DNA from: a virus
Taxonomy: Duplodnaviria; Caudoviricetes
Strand: one strand, 5' to 3'
IMG/VR virus record: IMGVR_UViG_3300042352_000969
Location: 1 to 64,000 of that record
DNA: 64,000 bases
Numbering within the stretch: position 1 is the stretch's first letter; the number at the start of each line of letters is the position of its first letter. The translations under genes were made by a program, and so were the position numbers. The notes beneath the pieces were generated by a model. That model searched no databases and was not told the DNA's origin. It worked only from the letters and a program-made list of their open reading frames with translations. Below are positions 21,216-30,300 of the stretch, one piece after another.

Positions 21216-21671
21216 ATGCCAATTGGTTCGTTTTTAAAGGTATTAATTATGGGTTTGCCGGGATCTGGTAAAACCACATTAGCGGCAGATTTATCTTATC
21301 TTTTAAGCCATCATTATAAATGTCATTGGTTAAATGCAGATAAAGTTCGTGAACAATTCAACGATTGGGACTTCAGTGAAGCTGGTCGTGAACGCCAAGG
21401 TAAAAGAATGAAAGATTTGGCCGACATGTACGGTCAATATAACGAAATAGTCATTTGCGACTTTGTATGTCCATTTCAAAAAACCAGAAATCAATTTGAT
21501 CCTGATTTTTTAATATTTATGAATACCATTAACGAATCAACATACGAAGATACTAATAAAGTATTTGAGCCGCCCAAAAAGTTTGATATCGAAGTTCAAA
21601 GTAAGAATAGCAGTTATTATTCTAAAATGATATACAACGAATTAGTTCGTAAGTTAAATAAAAAAGTGTAA
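21216..21671 (+). CDS. cysC: Adenylyl-sulfate (APS) kinase-like P-loop kinase
   Basis: IMGLPGSGKTTLA P-loop, WLNADKVRE, DWDFSEAGRERQGKRM, ICDFVCP, FEPP; this is the short phage-type CysC pattern. Confidence 0.75.
   Translation: MPIGSFLKVLIMGLPGSGKTTLAADLSYLLSHHYKCHWLNADKVREQFNDWDFSEAGRERQGKRMKDLADMYGQYNEIVICDFVCPFQKTRNQFDPDFLIFMNTINESTYEDTNKVFEPPKKFDIEVQSKNSSYYSKMIYNELVRKLNKKV
21666..21671 (+). promoter_or_regulatory. GTGTAA motif upstream of the 21681 gene
   Basis: GTGTAA-9 nt-ATG. Confidence 0.45.
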
Positions 21672-21680
21672 GATATATAT

Positions 21681-22193
21681 ATGGTAGCTTATAGTGTACA
21701 TGATTTAGCTGATGAAATATTCGCGAATGAATTTGAGTATGATAGCGGCTATGCTCAATTTTATTATATTTCAGGATGGCTTGCTAATAATGTTGGTTTG
21801 TTAAATACAAAAATATACAGCCAATATTCAGTACAAAATTCTAATTTTGAACCAACAGGGTTTTTCCAACAAGAAGAAAGATCAATATATAAGCAAATGT
21901 ACTTGTATGAGTTTTATACAAAAAAGACTCGCCAAGTTTTGCGCGGAGTAGATAGCTCTGTAGATTTCGTGACTTTGCGTGAAGGCGACACAATGATTAC
22001 GCGTACAAATAAAAACGAACTTGCAAAAACATATCGTGGATTAGCTAATGACGCTAGAGAAGAAATGGAAAGATTAGTATCTAGTTACAATATTTATCAA
22101 GCTGCGCCTGTGCAAGTGGCTGGTGAAGATGGTTCGCCGATATTTACAGGATCTGGATTTTTTTATTATCCATATGGATATGGTCATCCATAA
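21681..22193 (+). CDS. Probable virion neck / head-tail adaptor protein
   Basis: Size, predicted helical content, DFVTLREGDTMITR (resembles adaptor 'sS.s.GD.s.sy' motif) and context near tail genes. Function is inferred only. Confidence 0.4.
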   Translation: MVAYSVHDLADEIFANEFEYDSGYAQFYYISGWLANNVGLLNTKIYSQYSVQNSNFEPTGFFQQEERSIYKQMYLYEFYTKKTRQVLRGVDSSVDFVTLREGDTMITRTNKNELAKTYRGLANDAREEMERLVSSYNIYQAAPVQVAGEDGSPIFTGSGFFYYPYGYGHP

Positions 22194-22195
22194 GT

Positions 22196-22231
22196 AAAAA
22201 AAGAACCCCAGTCTTTCGACTGGGGTTTTTT
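22196..22231. terminator. Bidirectional intrinsic terminator between convergent genes
   Basis: AACCCCAGTC-TTTC-GACTGGGGTT: a 10-bp stem with a GAAA (GNRA) loop on the minus strand, an A-tract on the left and a T-tract on the right. Confidence 0.9.
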
Positions 22232-22244
22232 ATTGTTATTTATT

Positions 22245-23579
22245 TTAGATCTTGCCAGTGCCAAGTTTGAAGAAGCCTGATGTAATAGAGTCTAATTGGT
22301 TTTGATAACTTCCAGACATAAACAATCCAGCGGTTGTGTCGTTTGCACCGCCGATTTGAACTGAATATGTTAAATCTACAGTTTGATTATCACCAAGATT
22401 TTCAGAATATGTTTCAGAAGATAATAGTGCGCCTCTGATTTCATAAACAATCTTATTTGCTGATGAGCTATTTTTTAATGTGATTGAAAGAGTTTGAGTT
22501 CCACTTGTTAAAGCGTCAAAAAGATTTTGATCTTTTAGTTCAGAAACAATTGCGCTAATACTTACATCCATATTAATAGGAACATTAACAACTCTTGCGA
22601 AACCAAATGTATTTCCAAGTCTTTGTAGAATTGTTCTGCTCAATGGAAGAGTAAAACTAAATGATTGAATATGAGCGTCTGCTAGATTTGTTAAACCAAC
22701 GCTGTTTCCAAGAGAAAGAACTATATCACCAGGACGCAATGCGCTTACGGAACTTACTCCAGTGGTGAATCCTGTAAAATTAACACCAGCGGAAGCACCA
22801 ATTACTCCAGTGAAATCTCTTGAATAATCAAGTTTATATGCAGAACCAATAGAAGTAAATTTAGTAGCTGGAGTAGCAAAAAGATTAATTGCTGCGCTAT
22901 TTCCAGTTATTGAGGTTATATTTGCACCGACTACTGATCCTGCTGGCGCACCTGCGGATGTTACGGTTGTGACAGTTTCGGCTGAATCAGATTTGATGTT
23001 AAAAGCTTCAACAGTTACGCTTGCTGTTGGAATAGCTCCAACAGAAGCTTCAAAACTATATTCGCTAACGAATCCATTACCAATTCCTACTATAGTAGAA
23101 TTTGGGGTCAATGTTCCGCCAACAACGTCTTCACCTTCATCTACAGTTAAAATGTAATAATTATTACCTTGTAGATCAGATAGTAATCCAGAAATAGCTT
23201 GTGCGCCATTAACGATATTTGTATCAGTAACTCCAGTAATATTAAATCCCATTAATCTTTCATTATAGCCATTAGTTACATAATAACTGAAATCAAGCCC
23301 AACTGTTGGGGCTTCCATAACAATAGAATCGATACGAGCGAGTTTACCGAATTCATTGATATCTTGTCTATTAATTGTAAAATTAAAATTACAATTTTGA
23401 ATGCGATCCATCTTCTTTAGAAGAGAAATACCGGATGCTAGTGAACCTGTATCAGTTGGAGTAAATGGAGAGGCAGTGAATCCAGTACCTGCGCTATCTA
23501 CTCCGCTTACTTGTACTCCAGTAGAACTTGGAGCGATAAATAAAGCTTGACTTTGGTATATTACACGATTTCTTGCCAT
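22245..23579 (-). CDS. Major tail (tube) protein, putative
   Basis: Beta-rich 444-aa protein: MARNRVIYQS..., RIQNCNFNFTINRQDINEFG, PTVGLDFSYYV, LSRTILQRLG. It has a long A-rich leader, a strong terminator and sits among neck/chaperone genes. Confidence 0.65.
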   Translation of the reverse strand: MARNRVIYQSQALFIAPSSTGVQVSGVDSAGTGFTASPFTPTDTGSLASGISLLKKMDRIQNCNFNFTINRQDINEFGKLARIDSIVMEAPTVGLDFSYYVTNGYNERLMGFNITGVTDTNIVNGAQAISGLLSDLQGNNYYILTVDEGEDVVGGTLTPNSTIVGIGNGFVSEYSFEASVGAIPTASVTVEAFNIKSDSAETVTTVTSAGAPAGSVVGANITSITGNSAAINLFATPATKFTSIGSAYKLDYSRDFTGVIGASAGVNFTGFTTGVSSVSALRPGDIVLSLGNSVGLTNLADAHIQSFSFTLPLSRTILQRLGNTFGFARVVNVPINMDVSISAIVSELKDQNLFDALTSGTQTLSITLKNSSSANKIVYEIRGALLSSETYSENLGDNQTVDLTYSVQIGGANDTTAGLFMSGSYQNQLDSITSGFFKLGTGKI

Positions 23580-23649
23580 ATGTTTTTTATTTGTTTAATT
23601 GTTGTTAAATTGTTAATATTTTTTACAGTGATTGGTTGTTTTTGTGAAA

Positions 23650-24510
23650 TTATAATCGAGGGTATCGATAAGTTTTGATTTCAAAATCTAAAAATCCAAT
23701 ATGAAGAATCGGATTTAATTCTTTAATAACGCTATCGCGAATCTTTGAAGTTTCAACATGGGATATAAAAAGTGTTTGAGAATTATATGCGTTGTTTAAA
23801 TTTTTATAATCATATCCCGTAGGATACGCGCCAGTTTTCATTTCATTGAATTCTCCTAATGGATGACCTGTCATTGGTATGATGCTGAATATTTCGTTAT
23901 ATGAATCGCCAAATACACTAAGAACTCCGTCTAGCTGATATAAGTTTTCACAAAACGCTACGACTTTAATAATGCATTTTGTTTCATCTTCACCGCCAAA
24001 AGCGAATGCGGTATTATGAGATGTTTCAATAGAAGCGAATATACAAGGAGTAACAGGATTATATGGAGCAATATAATTTTCAGATACTGTGAATCTGCTA
24101 TTTGTTACGAATTTGTTTTCAATTATTAAATTATCTTCTGGCTGATCTGTTATATAACTGTTTACTTCTTTGACTGAATAAGTTCCGGTTATGTTCAGGC
24201 CCGTTGAAACTCCGCTATTAAAAATAATTCTGCCATTATCAAAATCAATTCTCATACCGCTTGTACCAGTAGATACAAATTGATTATTAATTGTGAAACC
24301 AGATGGTATTGTTGCGCCAGTTATATTTTTATCATATATCCATTGTTTATATGGAGATCCATAAACAACTTTATCTCCTCCAAGTCGAGGATCTTGATAA
24401 TTATATAATTTTGTTGTATAAGTTTTATAAGCGTCAGCTTTGGTCATTAAAAAATTATCGAACCAAAGAAAAAAACTATTAATAACATTATGAGTAAATG
24501 TTGGTTTCAT
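23650..24510 (-). CDS. Probable tail completion/terminator protein
   Basis: Position immediately upstream of the tube gene in transcription order; PCIFASIE...TKCIIKVVAFCENLYQLDGVLSVF fits an alpha/beta terminator pattern. Confidence 0.4.
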   Translation of the reverse strand: MKPTFTHNVINSFFLWFDNFLMTKADAYKTYTTKLYNYQDPRLGGDKVVYGSPYKQWIYDKNITGATIPSGFTINNQFVSTGTSGMRIDFDNGRIIFNSGVSTGLNITGTYSVKEVNSYITDQPEDNLIIENKFVTNSRFTVSENYIAPYNPVTPCIFASIETSHNTAFAFGGEDETKCIIKVVAFCENLYQLDGVLSVFGDSYNEIFSIIPMTGHPLGEFNEMKTGAYPTGYDYKNLNNAYNSQTLFISHVETSKIRDSVIKELNPILHIGFLDFEIKTYRYPRL

Positions 24511-25097
24511 GCTGTAATTTTATTTAAACTTTTTAAATCTTTAGAGAATTTGTTTATTAAATCAGATATGTATTTTGTATTTTTAAAAACAGTTCCCGGT
24601 CTAACTTGATTGGTTGATGATTGAATGCCGAATCCAGATCGACTGTTTTTTATTTTTTTTAAATAATATCCAAGACCCGATATTCCAGTTTCGATTCCTC
24701 TCGCCCAACTTCTGCCAACTGCCCAAGGCATAGGCGTTATTTCAAATATTTGCACAGCGGTAGGTATATCAAAAATAATTGTACTATCTAAAGCTTTGTT
24801 ATTAAAAACAATTCTGTAATTAGATTTTTCTAATAAATCTTCAATGGGTTTTATGGGGTCAGATCCTTCATCGAACCCAATAAAAGAATATAAATTAGTT
24901 ATACCGGCAAGAGTTCCTGATGTATTTGTTGCGTCTATACCTCCTTTTATTTCTTGAGTGATAGGATGATTAAGGAATTCTTGTAAATATTGATTTTTTA
25001 TTTTATTGAATTCTTTTTCAACTATTCTATGAACTTCTTTTTGATACTCTTTGTCGGCTTGCAAATCTTGCATTATTTTTATGTAATCTGGGTCCAT
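24507..25097 (-). CDS. Probable neck/tail-completion protein (HK97 gp10-like position)
   Basis: Gene order between the head-closure and terminator candidates; PWAVGRSWARGIETG motif. Confidence 0.35.
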   Translation of the reverse strand: MDPDYIKIMQDLQADKEYQKEVHRIVEKEFNKIKNQYLQEFLNHPITQEIKGGIDATNTSGTLAGITNLYSFIGFDEGSDPIKPIEDLLEKSNYRIVFNNKALDSTIIFDIPTAVQIFEITPMPWAVGRSWARGIETGISGLGYYLKKIKNSRSGFGIQSSTNQVRPGTVFKNTKYISDLINKFSKDLKSLNKITA

Positions 25098-25100
25098 ATT

Positions 25101-25556
25101 TTATGCGTCAGGTTTGAGATAAAGAGTATAATATTGATTATCAAATAATCCATGAGGTCTAAATGAAGAATTCAAAACAAATCGTTTTCCATCAACATCA
25201 AAACGGCGACCATCTTTGATATAATCATAATCGTCTGCTCGCATCTTTATTCTCACAGATCCAACAACGGCTTCTAATTTAATTTGAGAAGCTAGTCCTG
25301 ATTCGCTCCAGTATTTTTTACTAATGTCGTCGTTATAAAATATTCTTACTTTAAATGTCTTATAAACTGGTGTATTTACATATGAAGTGGTTTGACCAGC
25401 AGTATTATATAATGGATTAAAGTTAGGGTCAGTAATAATTACAATCTGTGAGGCTTCTTTAAAAACAGTGATTTCGCGAGCAAAAGTCTCATGAACATCA
25501 TCAATAACCGCATTAAGCGCGGTTCTTTCTGAAGCAGATATAAGATTCGTAGCCAT
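25101..25556 (-). CDS. Probable head-closure / head-tail joining protein
   Basis: 151 aa, beta-rich C-terminus (VRIKMRADDYDYIKDGRRFDVDGKRFVLNS...YYTLYL), resembling SPP1 gp16-type stoppers. Confidence 0.45.
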   Translation of the reverse strand: MATNLISASERTALNAVIDDVHETFAREITVFKEASQIVIITDPNFNPLYNTAGQTTSYVNTPVYKTFKVRIFYNDDISKKYWSESGLASQIKLEAVVGSVRIKMRADDYDYIKDGRRFDVDGKRFVLNSSFRPHGLFDNQYYTLYLKPDA

Positions 25557-25564
25557 ATATACCT

Positions 25565-25570
25565 TTACAC
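25565..25570 (-). promoter_or_regulatory. GTGTAA motif upstream of the head-closure gene
   Basis: TTACAC on + strand; GTGTAA-8 nt-ATG on minus. Confidence 0.45.
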
Positions 25571-25611
25571 TGGTTGAAAAACTATAGAATATATATTAAT
25601 ATAAATAAATT

Positions 25612-26391
25612 ATGTCAAAGTCACTGTATAGTTTCAATATTTTTAAAACAGCAGAAGTCGAAGAGGACAAGACTGAAACGGTTACAAATGAACAAGGCGA
25701 ACAGGTCGTTCGTACTTACAAGGAAAAAGTTAAGAAACAAATTCCAATAGAAATTCACATTCTTCAGCCAAATAGAAAACAAATGCAAGAAGCTGACATG
25801 GAATTCAGTATTGAAATGAGCCGATGCATCCGAAATGGAATTTTAACAAAGGCGATGTTGCTAAATAAGTATAGTGATACTGGTGGTTTGATCAGCGACA
25901 ATGACGCGAAGATAATGGTTTCTGCCGCTGGAGAAATTGGAGATCTACAAAGTAGACTAACTATTCTTAATCTAAAACCAGAATCGGAACGTGACGAAGA
26001 TTACAAGCTAAAGATTGAAAAAGTAACTTCTGAAATTCTTCAACGTCGTAAGACTCTTATTGAAAAAGAAACGAGTTATATGACTTTGTTTAATCATACT
26101 GCCGACATTAAAGCTCAAAATAGAGCTATTCTTTGGTATGTACTAAGTCTAACTCAATTCAAGGATAATAGTAAAAAGAGTCCTGAATATGAATGGCTAT
26201 TTCCTGGTAAGACATTTGATATTAAAGAATCTGTCATGTTTGATTATGAAGAAAACAAGAATGAAATTTATGAAAAATGCTATAGTAAACTAGCTAGTGT
26301 TATTAGTTATTGGTTCTTTACCAGCAATACAGAAAAGGAAGAATTCGATAGAATCATTGGAGAAATAGATGGAACAGTCCCAACAGAGTAA
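25612..26391 (+). CDS. Probable tail assembly chaperone
   Basis: Acidic helical protein two genes upstream of the tape measure gene, which is the canonical chaperone position. Confidence 0.45.
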   Translation: MSKSLYSFNIFKTAEVEEDKTETVTNEQGEQVVRTYKEKVKKQIPIEIHILQPNRKQMQEADMEFSIEMSRCIRNGILTKAMLLNKYSDTGGLISDNDAKIMVSAAGEIGDLQSRLTILNLKPESERDEDYKLKIEKVTSEILQRRKTLIEKETSYMTLFNHTADIKAQNRAILWYVLSLTQFKDNSKKSPEYEWLFPGKTFDIKESVMFDYEENKNEIYEKCYSKLASVISYWFFTSNTEKEEFDRIIGEIDGTVPTE

Positions 26392-27364
26392 ATATAAAAA
26401 AGCTTTTAGGGATATAAAAAATGGATTCTCTGAGATTAAGGTTTTAGAGAATCTTTTTTATTTAAAGCATTTGTCTTTGGAAGATCAAGTCGATATTGAT
26501 CAAATTTATGATGTCTATTTTGATCAAGCTAAAAAACGCGGCGTTCCTACGAATAGCGAAACTTTAGAGCGGTTGGTTGACGAAAAACAATGGTCAAAGA
26601 AACAAGAATCTTTAATAACACAAGAACAAGATTTAATAGAAAACTTCAATAAACAGAAAAAAGCTCTTTATTTAAAATCAGAAATAATGAGAGTAAATGC
26701 GGACATCGAGTCGGCGCAAAAACGTTTAAACGATTTAAAAAATACAAGATCATCGTTCTTTCAAAGAACCGCCGAAAGTTATGCCGAAGAAAGAGTTAAT
26801 GATTATTACATATTAAAATGTTTATATAAAGATAAAAAGTTAAGTGAAGAAGCTTTTGAAGAAGATGAGTTCGATAATATTGATTCGGAAACTCTCACTT
26901 GTATTATAAAACAATACTCAGAGGTCTATAAAAACATAAACGACAACACGATTCAACATTTAATTTTGCAAGATTTTTTTAATTTGTATATGCCGTTTGC
27001 TGAAAATCCTACTGAATTCTTCGGTAAATGTGTGTGCGAGCTTACTTATAATCAAGTAAAATTACTTATTTATGCTCGATTTTTTAAGAACGTTTTTCAG
27101 CAAAATGATAAAATGCCTCAAGATATTAAAGACGATCCCGATAAAATCATTGATTATGTGAACGCCAATGAAAACGCCAAGAAAACAATTGAAAAAAAGA
27201 ACAACAAAGAAAATCAAGCTAGTTCAATAGTTGGTGCAACATCAGAAGACCTTGAATATATAGGATTAAAGGCCAAAGGTCAAAAGACTTTATCTTTAGC
27301 AGATGAAGCTAAAAAGAAAGGCGGCTCATTGAGTATGGACGATATGATGAAAATATTCGGTTAA
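26369..27364 (+). CDS. Probable tail assembly chaperone (second)
   Basis: Coiled-coil, charged protein immediately upstream of the tape measure gene; overlaps the previous ORF by 23 nt. Confidence 0.45.
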   Translation: MEQSQQSKYKKAFRDIKNGFSEIKVLENLFYLKHLSLEDQVDIDQIYDVYFDQAKKRGVPTNSETLERLVDEKQWSKKQESLITQEQDLIENFNKQKKALYLKSEIMRVNADIESAQKRLNDLKNTRSSFFQRTAESYAEERVNDYYILKCLYKDKKLSEEAFEEDEFDNIDSETLTCIIKQYSEVYKNINDNTIQHLILQDFFNLYMPFAENPTEFFGKCVCELTYNQVKLLIYARFFKNVFQQNDKMPQDIKDDPDKIIDYVNANENAKKTIEKKNNKENQASSIVGATSEDLEYIGLKAKGQKTLSLADEAKKKGGSLSMDDMMKIFG

Positions 27365-27377
27365 TAGTAATTTTAAC

Positions 27378-27383
27378 GTGTAA
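27378..27383 (+). promoter_or_regulatory. GTGTAA motif upstream of the tape measure gene
   Basis: GTGTAA-9 nt-ATG. Confidence 0.45.
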
Positions 27384-27392
27384 ATAAAGCAT

Positions 27393-30300
27393 ATGGCCGT
27401 TCAAATCAATGTCGCCGCCAATCAAGCAGCATTAACAGCTTCTATTCAAGCTGGTGTTCAAGCGTACAATCAAAGATTCGCTCAGAACAATCCGATTAAT
27501 TTAAGTATTAATCAACGAGCTTTCTCTCAGCCGCTTGGAAGAATGACTGGTGACGTTAAGGATTTTGAAGCGGCCCTTGCTGCTTCTAATGCTCGCGTTA
27601 TTGCGTTCGGAGCTTCGACTGCCGTTCTTGGCGGTGTTATTCGTAGTTTTAAAGAATTAGCTAATGTTACTATCGATGTTGAAAAGAATCTTGCTGATAT
27701 TAATCGTGTATTCGGATTAACTACTAGTCAATTACAAAAATTTAGTACAGATTTATTTAGTGTTGGTAAACAAACGGCTTCTTCATTTGATGATGCATCT
27801 AAAGCTGCTCTTGAATTCTCTCGTCAAGGTTTAAAAGCTGAAGAAGTTTTGATAAGAACAAAAGACGCATTAACTTTAGCAAGAGTCGCTGGAATTAGTA
27901 CTGCAAATTCTGTTGATGCTTTAACTTCTACTATAAACGGTTTTGCTGCAACTGGAGTAACAACGACTCAAATATTAAACAAGCTTGTAGCTGTCGAACA
28001 AGATTTCGCAGTTGGCGCAGGAGACTTGGCTGAAGCGTTATCTCGTACAGGTCAAGCGGCGCAAGAAGCGGGAGTTAGCTTGGATCAATTAAATGCATTG
28101 GTAACAGCCGCTCAACAAAGTACAGCAAGAGGCGGCGCAGTTATTGGTAACGCATTAAAAACAATTTTTACTCGTTTACAACGTACAGAAACTCTTGACC
28201 AATTAGAAGCTTTCAATATAGCTGTAAGAGATGTACAGGGAAATACTTTACCAGCAGTCTCTATTCTACAAAATTTTGCAGGTGCTTATAAAGGTTTAGC
28301 TGACGCTCAAAGAGCGCAGTTATCTGAACAAGTCGCTGGTGTTTATCAGGTTAACATTCTTAAAGCTATTGTAGGTGATTTGAATAAATCTCAAGGCGTG
28401 TATGCTGGAGCTTTACAAAGAGGCGCATCAGCAACAAATGAAGCTGAAGTCGCTACTGCAAAACTAAATCAAACTCTCGACGCTTTATTAAAGCAAACCG
28501 CCACTTCTACACAACAACTAGCAAATAATATTGGTAAAGTAACATTTGAACCATTGGCTAGATATGGTACAGAACAATTGAAATCACTTGTCGAAAGTAT
28601 GAACGAAATTCTTGAAGGAGAAGGAGTTGGTTCTACTTTTGCTAATGGTTTATTAAAAGGAATTAGAAACGTAATAGCTGGTCCCGGCGCTATTGCCGCT
28701 TTCTTTACGCTTTTCAAGTTAATACAAAACTCTTTCACTTATCTTGCTCAGGCTTTGCCTCAGATCGCTGGTATCACGACAGAAACTCAAAATAGAAAAA
28801 ACATTGAACAATCTATTTTGCAAATCATGCAGCAACAAGGGCCGGTATCGCAAGCTCTTGCTGGCTCTATGGGCAATCAAGCTGCACAAGCTCAGTTGCT
28901 GCTTCAATTAGCAAGACAGCAAACAGCAGAATATCAAATACAGTCAACTCTTGCAAAACAATTAGCCACTCAATTAGCCGGTCAAGGTGTGCGAGTAAAA
29001 GGATCTGGCGGTTTGCAGGTCACTCGCGCAGGAGGTTATATTCCTGCTGCAACAAGAATGGCTGAAACAGTTGGCGCACAAGCTGGTGGTTATGCTCCCG
29101 GTAAAGTGGTGAAATCTCCTGTTGGTGGAGTAATGAATACTGCGGAAGATGTTAAATACGTTCCCGGTTTCGCTCAACCTTTTATTAATCCTCCTGCTGG
29201 ATCAAAAGCTGGCCGCACACATAGACAAAATGCTATAAGTAGAACGGGTGTTGATCCGTATACGGCTGGTGGATTTATACCTAATTTTGCAAAATTAGAT
29301 AAAAGAGATTATAGTTTTCAGAGGCCAAATGGAGGCGGTGTTGACAAAAAACAAAGAGCTTACAGTAATCATGCTATACAGATAAGAGAAATGAGTTCAT
29401 CGGATCTTGGTGCTGAAAAAAATTTAGATTTAGTAGGAAAAAATTTAGATTCTGGTTTTGACAATAAAACTAAAAAACCAAATGCTGTCTATGATTGGAT
29501 TTCTGGAAAAATAGATGTTATAAAATATTTGCAAAAAAAAGATGTTGATTCAGCCGTGTCTGCTATGTGGTTTGGTTCGATTCAAGGGGACCAAAATTTA
29601 ATTAAAACAGGTCAAAGTATTGGTTTAACAGATGCTGATTTAGAGGCAGTTTTTAAGACAACTACATCTAAAGTTGGATTTACGTTAAAAGACTTACAAA
29701 AGAAATATGAACTATCACAAAATGAAGAAGCCGCTAAAAACAATAAGCTTTTTAAATATAAAAGTGGCTCTAAAAAGGGTGAATTAATTACAACTTCGGA
29801 AGGTTTTAAAAGCTCTTTAAATGGAGATTATCAAAATTTTGTCGGAGACGCTTATGAAAAATTAATTTCAAAACTTCCAGGAATATCTGGAGCGTATACA
29901 ATAAGTGACAAATCAACGTCAGCCGCAGACTTAATACCAACGGGGCCGAATGCTATTCAAGGTATTGAAGTTAAAGCAGGTGAGGCGTATTTAAGTCAGT
30001 TGATTAAAAAAGCAGTTAGAATAAATATTAATGGCAGAGCGGAAGATGTGGCGCAAAAAGATTTAGACTTTGGAACTCTTCCTGTTTATCAACCATTTGG
30101 AAGCGAAATCGGAGCTTCTGCTAATGGTTTTATTCCTAATTTTGCTACACCAATGAGTACCGCAAGTATTCCTTGGTTCAAAAAATATTCCAGTAAATAT
30201 AAAAACACTACTGGTGATACAGACCTTTTCAAGATGGGAGATTTTCCTACTTATGGAAGAGGTTTAGATCACGAATATGCAAAAAAAGGAAATTCCGCTA

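Noticed and set aside
21206-21277. N-terminal extension of the sulfotransferase ORF
   Set aside because: It would overlap the APS kinase P-loop on the opposite strand; the family-typical N-terminus begins at MVEKIFF (21205).
26340-26400. Lambda G/GT-type programmed frameshift between the two chaperone genes
   Set aside because: The downstream frame has a TAG at 26366-26368 immediately before its ATG, the shift would be +1 rather than -1, and no slippery heptamer is visible in the 23-nt overlap.
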